64,000 nucleotides of DNA from Tricharina praecox (lineage: Eukaryota): assembly GCF_024521635.1 (NCBI RefSeq), contig NW_026250408.1, positions 1 through 64,000 of the forward strand. The letters are read 5' to 3'. The translations under genes were made by a program, and so were the position numbers. The notes below the pieces were generated by a model. That model made no database searches. It worked only from the letters and a program-made list of their open reading frames with translations, and was not told the origin of the DNA. Positions within the stretch are counted from its first letter, which is position 1. Every line of letters begins with the position of its first letter. Positions 1-12,837 of the stretch are shown in pieces.

Positions 1-1703
1 TACCTCTCTTGCAGCTGTTCGCCTCTCTCCAGATTGCTGGATTCTGACCCCGCAGAGATCGTGTCTCCCTCGGGCTTGATCGTTGCGCCAGTGACTGTTC
101 CCTGCTCCGACGAATCAACGCATTCAGCGGAGTGTTGCTGAAGACGCTGACTGGATCAGGTGTCAGTGGTATCAGGAAAAGAGTGACAGAAACTTACACC
201 ACACGCGTGACGATTTCTTCAAGTGAGCTTGAGCGCGAACGTCGGGATTCAGCCATGCTGTCGGACATTTGGCTTTGACGATTCGAAGATGTGGCTTGAT
301 ATGCGCAAAGTGGTGCGATCGTTCGGTAAGGTCCTATGACAGTCGATGAGAAAAGGTGCGCTACTAAACAACGGTATGAGTGGGGAAACCAACGGTTAAG
401 TTAAACTGCCGGTGGGAAGCGGTGCAAAATGTGCACAGATAGAAACCAGCGGTTTTGCGATACGAAGTGGTGTGACTCGTCGGGGTGAAGAGGGAACAGC
501 GAGCGAGTGGAAGTTAGTTGGTGGTTTGACGGATGGTGGTGTGGGTGAAGAAGAGGACGGGGGGGGCATTTGGCAAACACTCAAGTGTAATGGTGGTAGT
601 GTGACGTGAACCTGCTGGAAGCCCAAAGGGTCGAAGCGACTAAGGCTGGAACAGTAAAGTTCCAAGAAGCGTGACCGTAACAAACCCCGTGCATACAACT
701 GCCAACAACGACAAAATAGTGCACGTGACAGCGGCTGTCAGAGATACACGTGAAAAACACCCTTACGACAACCAGCAGACATATCCAAAATTGCGGATTC
801 ATCTCTGGCATTACATCAGCGGCGATAAGATGAGATAATATATGAGTAGATTCGATCGTCGACCCGACAACGGTATGACGTAAAACTACAAAAGGATATC
901 GGTGCCCGTTCGATGGAGCCCTGAGTGATAGATACCCAGAATGACATCCTTCTGGTCCTCTCATACCGCCGTATGCCCGGCTACGGGATACGCCACACGG
1001 TATGTTGTCTACCTCCCTGAGAGATGACAAAAATAAGATCAGATGAGATCACATACATGACGAGGAGGATATGATAGATCACATGCAAGATTAAGGGATC
1101 AGAAACTCGGGTCAAATGAAGTCCGCACAGGTACATCACCAGACTTCAGAGAAGCCCTTTGATGGCAGCCTGAGTGGGAGTTAGAAATTAGAATGACAAC
1201 TTTATCATCGTCCTCATCGTTCGTGTGTGCCCGCCTACGTCGTACATCAATGCTCACATGGGAAAGGGAAAAGTCTATTAGGCTATCTATCCGAATTCAG
1301 ATTACAAGATATGACGCGTGAAAATGAAATTGCTGGTGGTGTTGAACCGCCATAGCAAGACGAGTGAAAGGAATGGCTGCTGGTGTTGAACCACAACAGA
1401 AAGGGAAGTGAAAGCAAGGCGTAGTCGGCAGAGATGGAATGAAAGAAGAAAAAAGGGAGCGGGCATCGAAAGCAAGAGGCAGATGATGAAGCAAGACAAC
1501 TGGTGGCGAGAGTTAGTGATGTGACATGAGAGTTGATAGAAAGGGTGTGCACTTGCCATGAAATGCTAAAATCATCCGAAAACGCAACCAATGCGGATCT
1601 CAAATGCGAGGAAAGGGAAACAACTAGAAAAATCGACCTTTATGTTATTGCAAGGCGTTGCGAGGGCTATAACACGCCATTCTGAAGGTCCAAACGGTGC
1701 CAC

Positions 1704-3906
1704 CTAACGCGGAGGTGTTCCGAACGGCAGCCGCGGCTGGCGAGCGGGAGGAGCTGCAGCCCCACGTGGATGCGCGAGAGTGCGAGCGAGCGATGGTACT
1801 AAGTGCGGAGGCTCGACATCAGGACGGGGTTGAACCGTGTGAGCTTCCTGAACTTCGAGCGGCGACGTGGGGAGACCGGAGGTACGTGGCGCGGCGGGGC
1901 CTCCAAGCTGGCGAGCCGGAGTGACCGGAGTCCGCGGAGTAACGGGAGCTCCAAGTTGGCGAGCTGGTGTGACTGGAGTCCGTGGGATGGCGGAATTCCT
2001 AACAGGAGTGGGAATACCTCGACGAGGAGTGGTGGGCTCCTGTCTGGCAGTAGGCGTTTGGCGGCCAGGTGTGCGAGGGCGACGACCAGAGGAATCCAAC
2101 TGACGAGTGGGACTTGGAGTAAAGCGAACACCAAAGCGACTGGGAGTATTTTGCTGTCGAACGGGAATGGCAGACTGCCTCGTGGTCGGAGGCGTCGGAC
2201 TAACGGGCGGAAGACGTTCGCCGCGTTCGATAGCTGAATCTTGAACCACTAGGCGTGTCATCTCGCGAGCTATAGCAACTTCGCGCTGAAACTGCCATCC
2301 GCGTTCGCCCAGCAAGCCATCCTCGTATTCTGCTGGGTAGATCAGCACCTGTGGAGTCTGATCATCGGCGGTAGTCGGGGAAGTGGGCTGCGGGCGCCTA
2401 GTAGGAAAGATAGGAGGCCGACGAGCTGCCACTGCGACGGGAGTAGGACTATTGGCCTTATGAGCAATGCGCATAGGCAGGGGTGGGTATATAACTCACC
2501 GGCGGTATACGAGTGGTCCGCGACGCTCATCACGAGGGTATCTACCTGTGTCAAGCGGATTCAGAGCTTCCATCGTATTCTCCGCTGCCGCACGGCGATC
2601 AATGTCCATAAGTAACTGCGCAGCAACGGGAGTCGGAATTTGAAGCTCAGGAGTGTGAGGACCACGTGGAGGAGTGTTCTCGACGTTCCTGGTGCGTGGA
2701 GGAGTGTTCTCGCCGCTCGGGGTCCGCGGAGGTGCGGCACGGCCCTCGCGAAGAATCCTGTCAGTTATCTCCCTCTCAGTACGCTCTTGAAAGATGTTCT
2801 CGGTGCGTTGCTGTCTGTCAAACTCAACACTGTCATTCCACCGACGGCGAGCATCACCGCGGAGCTCGACGCGAGTGGGGCTATCGGTCGCAATGGACAG
2901 CTCCCCAAGCGGGCGTCCTCCTCGTCCGGTTAACCTGATTCCGTCAAGTGCCGCTGCAGTGGTAGCAGGCAGCACGATCTGCGCCGGCAAGTGGAGATTG
3001 TTTGTCGGCGTATTGTATTCTTCAGCAAAGCGATGCATCAACTCCCGGTGGCGCGGAGGATTGAGATTCTCTTTATTCTTTTCCGTGATAGGCTGCTGGT
3101 CTGGAGGAATCCTCGGCGGGCGTGGCGTACGAACCGTAGTTTCCGGCCAGAGTACGTCTCCATCCGCATTCATCTGAATACGACCAGGTGCAGTCGGCAG
3201 GCGCTGGTAGACGTCCATCGTATGTTCCGGGTAGTCGCGCTCGTAATCTATATGGTGTTGCTCGTGGAGATACAAGAACTGGGTGCGCACGGGGCCACGA
3301 AGATCCAGGAAAACGATAATCTTGTGTGGCTCCAGGTGGTTCTTCAGGGGTTTAGGCAGAATTTCGAGCCAGTAGGTATCGTCTAGCTTCGGTGCGGGGC
3401 CGTCGTCTAAATCGCAGGTACGGCGGAGGTACTCCACGGCTTCCTTGACAGTGAGGCGAGGTCGGCCAATGTTTATGATCGACGGCGGGTAATCAGGTGG
3501 GATTACTGGGTGAATTTGCGAGGTGGTGTGGGGAAGCGTTGCGCGGAGCCGGCATCCGCGTTGGTTGCGGGTGTGGCGACCACCCTCGAACGACGTAGTG
3601 TATGTGGCGTAAACTGGTGAAGGAGGCACGCGTGAGTTGCTAAATGGGTGGAGGATGTGGCTGAAAGGAAGATTGTTTGGTTGTTAGCTCGAACAAAGTT
3701 GGTTGCCGCCACGAAGCTAGTGACACCAACGTTGGCGATCAGAGCTAGCGAAAGCGCAAGCGCGTTCAGCGGCAGCGGCGGCATACCGACACTTCAAAGT
3801 TCTAGTACTGTAAAGCGAAGCTGTTAGCCGGTCCAACAGATGAAGGAAAGTAAGACGCAATTGCTATTTCCGATGATTGTGCGCTAGATACCTACTGCTT
3901 GCCCAT
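1704..3906 (-). CDS. Hypothetical multi-exon protein with Thr/Pro/Arg-rich disordered C-terminus
   Basis: ORFs 2496..3629 and 1704..2474 join in frame via intron 2449..2499 (GTGAGT...AATAG). Upstream microexons (GTATGC...GCTAAC...TTCAG; GCTAAC...TTACAG) can extend the frame to an ATG at 3906 (5' end tentative). A 16-aa repeat (PVTPARQLGAPVTPRT) lies near 1900-1990. Confidence 0.6.
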
Positions 3907-4360
3907 CAAAATAATTTGTAGTTATGTACACGGGTCATCGAAGAATAAAAATCAGTACATGCCAATATAGGTACCGTATCCATCGGTATTCCAACCCCCA
4001 AGTCACGGTCGCATCCTGACCTGCATATTATTACCCGGAATCAACGTTGCCCAATGCTCAGAAGTGCCGACATGAGTATGTCCGTTTCTTGACAGAGGCT
4101 TTTTACACACCGTTGGCGCTTTTTGCCGACAGACGACCGTCAAGAAAACGGCCCTGCAATAGGTCAACCTATGTCACAGTGATTACACGAACGGGAAATG
4201 CTGTCCACTACAGTAGCAATACCGGACAAAAACCAAACAACCAGCGGAAAACCGTGAAAATTAGATCCATGAGTGCAGAAAACAAGTAAAAGCAAACGAA
4301 CTTGACGAAATTCCGCCATACGCGAGTCTGAGCCCCGCCTCATCTTGAAAACCCTTGTTC

Positions 4361-5435
4361 TTACTGGTCATCCAGTTCACCAGCTTTCTTCTCCGACTTC
4401 GGATCTTTCTCTCCCTGAGGAGCAGCGGACGCTCTTCTCTTCAAGGCCTCGCGCTGTCTTCTCGGTGGGGTCGTGTCCCTCTTCAGCTCAATTGCGCGCG
4501 GACCGCATTTTGCGTTGTGGGCGATATCGCCGGACATGGACCACTCCGGATGCTGCATCTCGTACTGGCGGATCGAATGAGAGCTAGCAACAGTTTCGAC
4601 GATGTCGTCATCAATTAGGCCCATGTGGCCGGCGATCCTGAAGAGAGCTTGCTGCTGGACCTCGCGGAAGCGCTCCTTCCGCGCGAGGTATCCGGGATCA
4701 GTGTTCCCGCGTGCTTCGGCGGTCTTGGAGGACTCGGGAAAGACGCCGGGGATGGGTGCGGGCTTAGGTGTGTCGAGCCACGCGTACTCCGTTCTGCGGT
4801 CTTTCAACTTGGCGCTCACGGCTTCAGCCCTAGGGGGTTGAAAGCTGAACCATAGCCGGTTCATCTCGAGTAGTTTGCCACCGTCATCGAACTTGACGCG
4901 TTCCTTGATGAGAATCGCGCGGTACTCGGGACGACGCCATGTGAGTGTATTGTCCTTGTGGTTCCCGGGCATCTTGCGGAGAACCCTGTGGAATGGGATA
5001 TCCGCACGTGTAGCGAGTTTTCCGAACGGCATCGCCAGCATATCTAAACTGGTGTGAGCTGGATCCTTTGCGATTTTGGTGTCCGAGATGATGTTTAAGC
5101 CACATACCTAGACCCTTGTGAACGTTGGAGGGGCCGTTGCGATGAAGGGCGGTTCCGAGGTAGTCGCAGATTCCCTTTTGCGTCGTAACACGTCCGAAAG
5201 GAATTTGAGAGACCACACGGATCAGATCCTGTTCGGAATCAGCCTCTGCTCACTCTCATCCTACTGTTGAGGTGATGGATATTATTTGCCTTCTCAAAAT
5301 CCGTGAAGCGGATCTTAGCCTGCACCCTGTTAGCTTCAATTTAAGCTTCATCATTTCTCTAGGATATATTCGGTGATTTACAATCTCCTGCTTGACATTA
5401 AAGTCGTCCGTAGCCGTCGTCATAGCCATGGCCAT
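4361..5435 (-). CDS. Alkyltransferase-like (MGMT/ATL DNA-binding fold) protein, ~295 aa, PFHR variant
   Basis: Exons 5435-5382, 5319-5290, 5228-5108 and 5043-4361 (intron 2 has a GC donor) give ...FTDFEKDLIRVVSQIPFGRVTTQKGICDYLG...DIPFHRVL...RAILIKERVKFDDGGKL. This follows the MGMT/ATL pattern T-x-F-E...V-x-x-I-P-x-G-x-V-T-T...P-[CW]-H-R-V...L-x-x-E-G-V-x-F. Confidence 0.7.
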
Positions 5436-7137
5436 AGTTTATCGTCTCGAGCACGGAAGAAGGCTGTTTTGGTTGTCCCGTTGTGTAGAGCTACACCAGA
5501 TGTACGAGTTTCTAAGCGTGGAGGAAAGAATAGTTGTTTGAGGGTTCGCACTCGACGACGTAGTTAGGCGTGAGGTTGACGAAAGTTGGAAGCGGACGTT
5601 GCTTTTTTACCGTCGCCTGCGACGTCCGGTTAGGGCTGGGTGGCTCGCGATCTAATCTGCGACGGCCACTCCTAGTAAAGCTGTACTAGGTACTCACATG
5701 ACTGATAGCGACTCATTATGGCGATGATGTATCCAAGGGCGCAGATCGCAAAGTTTCGAAACCATCGCAAAGGGGATAGATGTTGGCCGCATACGTCTAT
5801 GACATGGGCACGTCACTGGAAAGTACCTACAAGGCGCGTAAGACAGAATTATGTGGTAGAAATAGCTGCAAGATCATCGGTTGTCGTTCAGGTAGCCCAC
5901 GACTCTCCTACGTGGCTGTTGGTCGAAGAGAACCACCGGTAGGTTTTACGCAGACGATGGTTGCGACCGCATATGTAATCAATTATTATCACTCGTGCCT
6001 GGGTCTACAGATCGAGGCTTGTTCACAGAGCATCCTCATGTCAAGATTGCAGTCTAATCTTTGTCTTCTGTGAGTGCGAAAATATCTGGCTACACAGGCT
6101 GGGCTACTTTTCCTAGCAGAAGAGTTACAGCGCCGATGATGGAGGGGTGAAAGGCCGACCCTAACCGTGTGTAAATGGAGCTTTTCTTGTTGCGCTTGAC
6201 GTCTTGCTCCGGTGTAGCCGCAGAGCTACGCCTTTCTCATTAATCCAGTCATGTGCATCGCTGTCACGAACGGGGACGATGCATGTCGCCACAAATTCCA
6301 GATGATCTAAATGCGACTATTTTCAGGGCAGACCCTCAATCTTTCACGTGTGATGGAGTGTAGATTGAGGTGACAATGGCGCAGCGAAGGTGATTGACGC
6401 GCTAGCCTGCAGTTTTTCTGTGGCGAGCGAGTGAGATATATCTGAGAAACGCCTCCTCAAACAGCTAGCCCTATCCTTCACCTGACGACCCACCTCATCA
6501 TCGTCCCTTTCTTCCATCCTTTCTCTCTACACTCCTCAGACGACAGACAGCAGCTTTTGTCACTCTCTCCTCCCGACCAATCTCTCCTCAATCATAACCG
6601 TCCTTTCTTTTACCTCTCTCCCTACATTGAGCGGACAACGGAAACCAGCTTCAGCAACATCACAACTCGAAAGAGCAACAACAGTTTCGACCCAGCACGA
6701 CACCGACGTCTATCTGAGTCAGCGCGCAGCTACATACCCTGATCTGGCTTCCTCGCATTCACCCCTCTTCAATCGTGCGATCTAAAGCATTGATCATTCT
6801 ACTTCTACACCGCTCTGTCCTCGCTCATCACGACTCTGTGGATTCGAGTCGATACAGTCTTTATCGCAGTGCGTTACATGTTCCCTCGATAGGACCTCAA
6901 TGATGTTAATACCTTCCAGCTATCAAGTCGGCAACGGTTGCATAATCGATAAGCGTACACCCCGCATTACTAGCACGGTACGGATTCCTTCCGATCACTG
7001 CTCTTCCGGACGCGAGAATCTGACATCATCAATAGTGCAAACAACCGGCACGATACAACGGGAAGTCACCGAGACCTTCTGCAAGCTACGGTAACCTTTT
7101 CCGCCTCCATCATCTAGTTTTCGGACACTAATATCTC

Positions 7138-8374
7138 ATGTCTAGTAATTCATATTCGACTGCACGATCCCCGCTCCGCAGAATCATTAGTATGATTTCG
7201 CCAACTACTCCCTCCTCTCCGGGAAACCTACTTCCAGGAACCATTCATTGGTCGTCAAAAGTGCAAGTCCGCGGCACGGAAGAAGAGGCTGCCCGTCTCG
7301 GCTGTCGACCAGGTGCGCGCTCTCGTAATCGAGAGCGCCGGCCGATATACATACTGGACAAGCTCCTCGACGGAAGATTCTTAGTGCTGTATGTTGCACC
7401 TCCATCTTCGAATCATATTTTGTCACACGCTGACTCCGACCTCCAGCACGTGTACTACGCGGCACAATCAGGGTATCGAGGACGTCCCGAAGGACCACCT
7501 GTCGTCCTTCATCCCGATAGAACCGAGCTTCACCGATACCAACCGCCCGACAGTTCGCCTCGCAGACGACCCCGACCGGGCGTTCGATGGCAAGACATTG
7601 CTGTTCGTCCACGTGGCAGTGATTGCGTTCGACAAGTTCTTCATGGGATATGTGGGATCGATTGATCCCAAGGACCAATCACTTATCTCCGCTGAGTTCC
7701 TCTGCTGGCAGGTAAAGAGGGTCATCGATCCGTTCATGGATCACTCTTTCCGCCTGACGAGTATCGTGGCGTGTCTACACGCGGGTCAGGCCGGCGACCC
7801 GGTAGTCGGGCCCTACCACGCTCTCGCTGTTCAGTTAGCGAGACGTGTCGTGAGGGACGACGACATCCTCAAAGTGTCACATCTGTCACATTTTGTGACA
7901 CTCATCGAGTCATATCTTGATGTCCTCGAAGACGTCGAGGTTGAGAATGACCGGGTGGAGAGGACTGCTTTGGGAGACATCAAGAATCATGAGTCTCGCC
8001 GCGCCACTGCCCAGCAGAGTGAGAGGGAGTCTCACTACCAGAGAGAACCCAGGCGGAATTACAACGAATGGGGTAGTTCTGTGTCGCCCTCCTCCGGCAG
8101 TGGTGACTCTAGTCAGGATAAGCGGCATCAGCAGCACAAGCGGCGGGCTGGACACCGCGAGGATCAGTATGCGGAGAGAGTGGCCCGGCACAATGACCGT
8201 GGCCGCCGCAGCTCTCATTACTCGCCGGAGGCAAGTACCTCGCCGCCCGATCGCCATGGATACGTCCATCAGCCTACCAGATATCGCCACCACTGGCGGA
8301 GACGATCGGACAGCCCAAGGAGCCCTCTAGATAGGGCAAGGAGCGGTGGTAATGTGACGCGCCGTCACTCCTAG
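7138..8374 (+). CDS. Putative PemK/MazF-like fold protein with Arg/Ser/His-rich tail, ~392 aa
   Basis: Intron 7389..7446 (GTATGT...GCTGAC...CCAG) joins ORFs 7138 and 7391 in frame. The spliced sequence PGTIHW...RRPIYIL...FLVLTCTT...FIPI...YVGSIDPKDQSLI follows the PemK/MazF layout (G-x-I-x-W, R-P-hydrophobic strand, strand-T-T, G-x-I + helix). Confidence 0.55.
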
Positions 8375-10242
8375 GGGGTGACAGCAGTTTGAGGAATCGA
8401 GGATCGTGGAGGAAAAGACGCAGATATTGCAGATATCTGGGTAGATTTTTAATCTACACGAATTTCCACTAACAATAGTTTTTTCCTTCCGAGTTATTAC
8501 CTAGATGCTAAATTCGCTGAGGTTGTAGTAGGCGTGCACGGAAGCTTCACAGTTTCAAGAGAAGGTATTGAACTAACTCCCTATTTCTTTCTGCCCGGCG
8601 CCTCTGCGCTGGGCCGAAATAACAATCCTCCATCTCGGCATTTTTGCACGAAAGTGGGACAGATTCGTTTCCGGCACAGAAACTGACGTCGGAGTCCTAC
8701 CTGAGTCCGTGCCAAGGACCGGACAAAGAATATCGGTTATGCGCAGGTTCAATTTATCACTTTGCATGGCCCAATGGAGGCCTCCGGAAGTGGGTTTCTA
8801 TTGTAGCGACCGTTTATCTGGACTGTGGATGAATTGCGAAAAATGTTTTGCCATAATCTGGATAACTAGTAGTCGTATATAACTTAATGAGAACCCAGAA
8901 ATAATATCATGCTTCGTCGGAACATGCAGAGGTCAGAACACCTTGAACCATTACTATTAAGTTGAGTCTTGACCCTACACGTAGCCGTTTGCAGCTTGAT
9001 GGTGTATCGAACGCGTCTTCCGGCGTTGTTTACTATCCGTAGACAAGCGTTCTTCAACACGCGCTGAAAGTTCATACTCTCTTTCGTCTCCTAGAAAATG
9101 CCTTCCCCAGCGAATTCAACTTGCTCGCTCACTGTAGCAATGGTATTTGTAAACGTCACAGAATCATAGCCGATCACCCTTGTATATCGGGGCTGAAGGA
9201 GCGCATACACAGTAGGAGTATGTAGTGTCAAAACTGACGTAATTAAGGTAAATACCGTGGCCAACCAGCGAGTATAAAAGTGCACGTTTGATGCGAACAG
9301 CGTTGTCGGGTACATAGTAGTAAAAGTGATGACAAATTGGATAGAGAATCTTCTAGTTGAAGAGATCCTCTCTATAGAACAACTACTTTATACACACCGG
9401 GCGTCCGATATCAGATAGAGGACGGCCGTGTGCACTCCAAGACGGAAGGACCGCCACCCTGGTGGCCACATCCGATCCTACATATACTTCTATCCAGACG
9501 TATAATCGAGACGGTGCCGAAGACGTTTTACGACTGTCTTGTTGTGCGAAGGGCCACTCAAGCCTCATGAACAATGTACTTGCCTAGCGAGAATTCAACA
9601 TGAACACAGAGCCTAATAGTTATGTTCATCTCTACACAGGCCTGCCATTCTGCGCTGCCACCGTTGTTTGGGTTGCAACGTGCGATCGTATTCCCAAAAA
9701 CCATAATTCACCACCGTTCATCCATCCTAGTATCATGTCATTTCCAACACCAAGAAATTCGGACCGCACTCAATCGGGGCTAAAAGCAATGCTCCGGCGC
9801 CACTTCCGCTTCCGCACATCACGGACCCATCTACGGCAGCTGCAATCAGCATAATCTAAGCCCCGTGATCAGCGTATTACTTGCTAGAGCAATACAACTC
9901 TACCACGGAATTGTGTATGCTCCCAAGGCACCATCAATGTGCCCCTAGCTCCAGTAAGCGACGAGAAGTGAGCTTGGAAAGGAAATTGTGAGCTTTCGTC
10001 CGCAAATGGAAGCTCCGGACATCAGTCTGTACTGGCGAGCCTAGAGAAGGAGATGCTGGAGCCCGAAGACCATGAAAATTGTGGGTTTCCGAGAATGCTG
10101 CCAGTGTTCGATGCTATAAAGGGTTGGAGTATCCAATTATCATGGCTTGCCAAAAGGGAATGGGGCGATCGAAATTCAAATTACACTAGGCTGCCGAGGC
10201 CGAGGATATCATAGAAATACTGTCGTTCCGGGCAGTGGGGCA

Positions 10243-11835
10243 CAGGGCTGTCAACCGTCCGCTAGTGGACTGTAGCCCCGTCCCGTCCTGGGCAGGCTTT
10301 CCAGAGGACTGATCCATTTCGTCCGGAGGATGAAATGCCCGGATACCCGCCAGGTACCTGTAGGTACCTGATAGCACTAGCGCGCTATGCTGACAACTAG
10401 TTTGCGAAGTAGTATACCGTATTATCTCACTTGAGAGGTATGGGTATAAATGTTAGTATTATAGGTGCATAGCGCGCACTAGCATAGACTAGAGCGCTTA
10501 GGGACTAGCGCAATATCAAAACGCGCCTATGTGCTCGGAGAGAATTCTCGGGCTGTCCTCAGAATGTATTACAACATGTACAAATAGAACTAAAATTCGT
10601 TTGCTCGCCAAAATCGTACTCAAAACCATCATCCTCATCCTCATCCTCATTGTCACCTTCATTGTCGGTAATTTGCGGGAAAGAAGTTACATGGCTACGC
10701 TGAGGCTTCCCTACCAGCCTGGCACTTCTCCGGGCTCCTAGGTACTGCTGGAAGGGCAACTAGAGTTGAGGTTTGTGGTGCAATCGGTGCTACCGCTGGT
10801 GGTGTGGCCGGTGCTGCGACTGGTAGTGCGGCCGGTGCTGTAGCCGGTGCTGCGGCTCGGCGTCCGCGTGCGGCCAGTGCAGCTAGAGGAGCGGCCGGTG
10901 CTGCGGCTGGTGGTCCGGCGTGCAGTCGGTGTAGCTGGAGGTGCAACTGGGGTTGCGGCCGGAGGTGCGCTGCGGCTAGGTATTGGGTCCAAAGTGAGTC
11001 GACTATTCAACTTCGTTCGGCTCTGGAAGGAATGGCGGCTGGAGGGGGAACCCAACGTGAGGCAACTACGATGGGTTGTTTCCTGCGCCCTGGTGAAGGT
11101 TTGAACTTAACTGGCGAACGCGTGAAAGGTGGCCTGGCCAGATCGGTAGATGGTTAGCTATCAAGCTGTCAGAACAACTATGTGAGGGTTTCTACTGGCG
11201 GCGGTGAGTCCGATACTTGGTCGTTCATCTTGGTCAATAGATGCATTGTTCTTCCGAGATGTGAGGAGGATGGTACTGTGTACTTGACGATATTTCCAGC
11301 TACAGAGTCGTCCGTTCAGCTGTATGAAGATACCTGCCAGCCCCTGAAGGCTGAACACTTGACGTCGCATGCTTGCTCGGCGCGCTAACCATAGACGCAC
11401 TAGTTCGCGCTTACATGCACTAGTGCTTATAACAGGAGTTTTTATACCCATACCTCTCATGTGAGATAATACGGTGCAGCGCGGTGACTGCCAACAGAAT
11501 TTTCAGCCTCGAGCAGAATTTTCAACGTCGTCAAACAATCGACCTTAGGGGATAGACACTGCTGGAAGTAGCAACGGGGATGGTGCGAAAGTTCTATACC
11601 GTGAGAGACAATGCGAAATGGAACCGCAAAGCCGCACAGCCACACACCTGCGCCACTGTGTGGCGCCACGCCGCTTGCATTGTCCTAGTGTTCCAGTCAA
11701 TTCCGGGCCCTGTAGGGTATCCGTCCTCATTTCTCCAGCCCGGAAGACTGTAGTCCTTGGTCTCCTCAGCCCGACTAATTCCGTCCCGGGCCGGGCAACC
11801 TCAGAGACGGATGGGACGGACGGTTGACAGCCCCG
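10243..11835. mobile_element. Non-autonomous hAT-type DNA transposon (complete, with TSD)
   Basis: 18-bp TIRs: CAGGGCTGTCAACCGTCC at 10243 and GGACGGTTGACAGCCCCG ending 11835 (1 mismatch). An identical 8-bp flank GTGGGGCA occurs at 10235-10242 and 11836-11843. No transposase ORF. Confidence 0.9.
10417..11474. mobile_element. Nested non-autonomous Tc1/mariner (pogo/Tc2-like) element
   Basis: ~34-bp TIRs: CCGTATTATCTCACTTGAGAGGTATGGGTATAAA (10417-10450) and its reverse complement at 11441-11474 (1 mismatch). Flanked by TA on the left and TG on the right (degenerate TA TSD). Confidence 0.8.
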
Positions 11836-12450
11836 GTGGGGCAGGATGGATAGTTCGAGCGATTTTGATTACTAGATTTCGATGACGACCGAAGTAGCAC
11901 AACCCGACCCAGTGGGGAAGCTAGAGACTACTTGGGGTAAATGTAGCAAGCAGCGCCAAAGGAGTTTAAACAACGTATTCTTTCGCCTTCGGAGTTTGCG
12001 TGTCGTCGCAGTCTTACTGTGCCCTATCTCTCTCTGCCCTGCCTCCGACCAGCTACTCTCATAGAATGACCACGTTGGAATTTCTTTCTGGATAGTGTCG
12101 GAAGACGTAACTATGGGTGCATTTTGTCGATGGACGGTGTTGTTAGATCATTGGATGAGACTTTCTATGATAACATGAGTAATACGTATGGTTTACATAT
12201 AAATAGGCTTGTAAGCCACGTACTCAGAGTTATTCACTCACCGCTACACTAAGAGAAAACACTACCTCTTACGTTTGCATGTTCACATTCGGTTTCACAT
12301 CCTGAAAACGTCGTCGTAAGAACTGTTCGATCATAACTGAAGTGGAAGGTTGAAACTGAACTGTGCTTGAATTACCTGCATAGAGAAACCGAGAATCAGT
12401 GGCACGGCTTAAGATTTACCCGGTGTGTTGGTGTCACTCTGTATTTTGGT

Positions 12451-12513
12451 GGGAGCTATGGGAGCTGTGGGAGCTGTGGGAGCTGTGGGAGCTGTGGGAG
12501 CTGTGGGAGCTGT
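12451..12513. repeat. 9-bp tandem repeat (GGGAGCTGT)x7
   Basis: Directly visible; reads TAP repeats on the minus strand. Confidence 0.95.
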
Positions 12514-12837
12514 GTCTTCGATATTACCAAGTGGTCGCTGACTCTTTGCGAGAAGCGAGTTTTTGCTTGGGAGCTTCGTGGGGGCAGCAATATTGTCCAG
12601 CCTAGCGATCAATTATGTACATAGCAATGGCCGCGCAGCCAAATGTAAATCCAGCTAATGGCCACGTTTGATCGTGGTCATGAGCCTACATGCTTAGCAA
12701 GCCGGCCGGCCACTTTGTCAAGTCGAACTTTTGTCTATCACTCGGCCGAAATAAAACTCTCACGTTGCAGCTTAGAGTACCAAAACATAAGTGTTGATAC
12801 TTCAGATAACTTTCAAAAGAAACATGATACAGCCTTA

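Noticed and set aside
8884..9315. Two in-frame minus ORFs separated by one TAG as a readthrough or edited gene
   Set aside because: No recognisable domain or codon bias supports coding.
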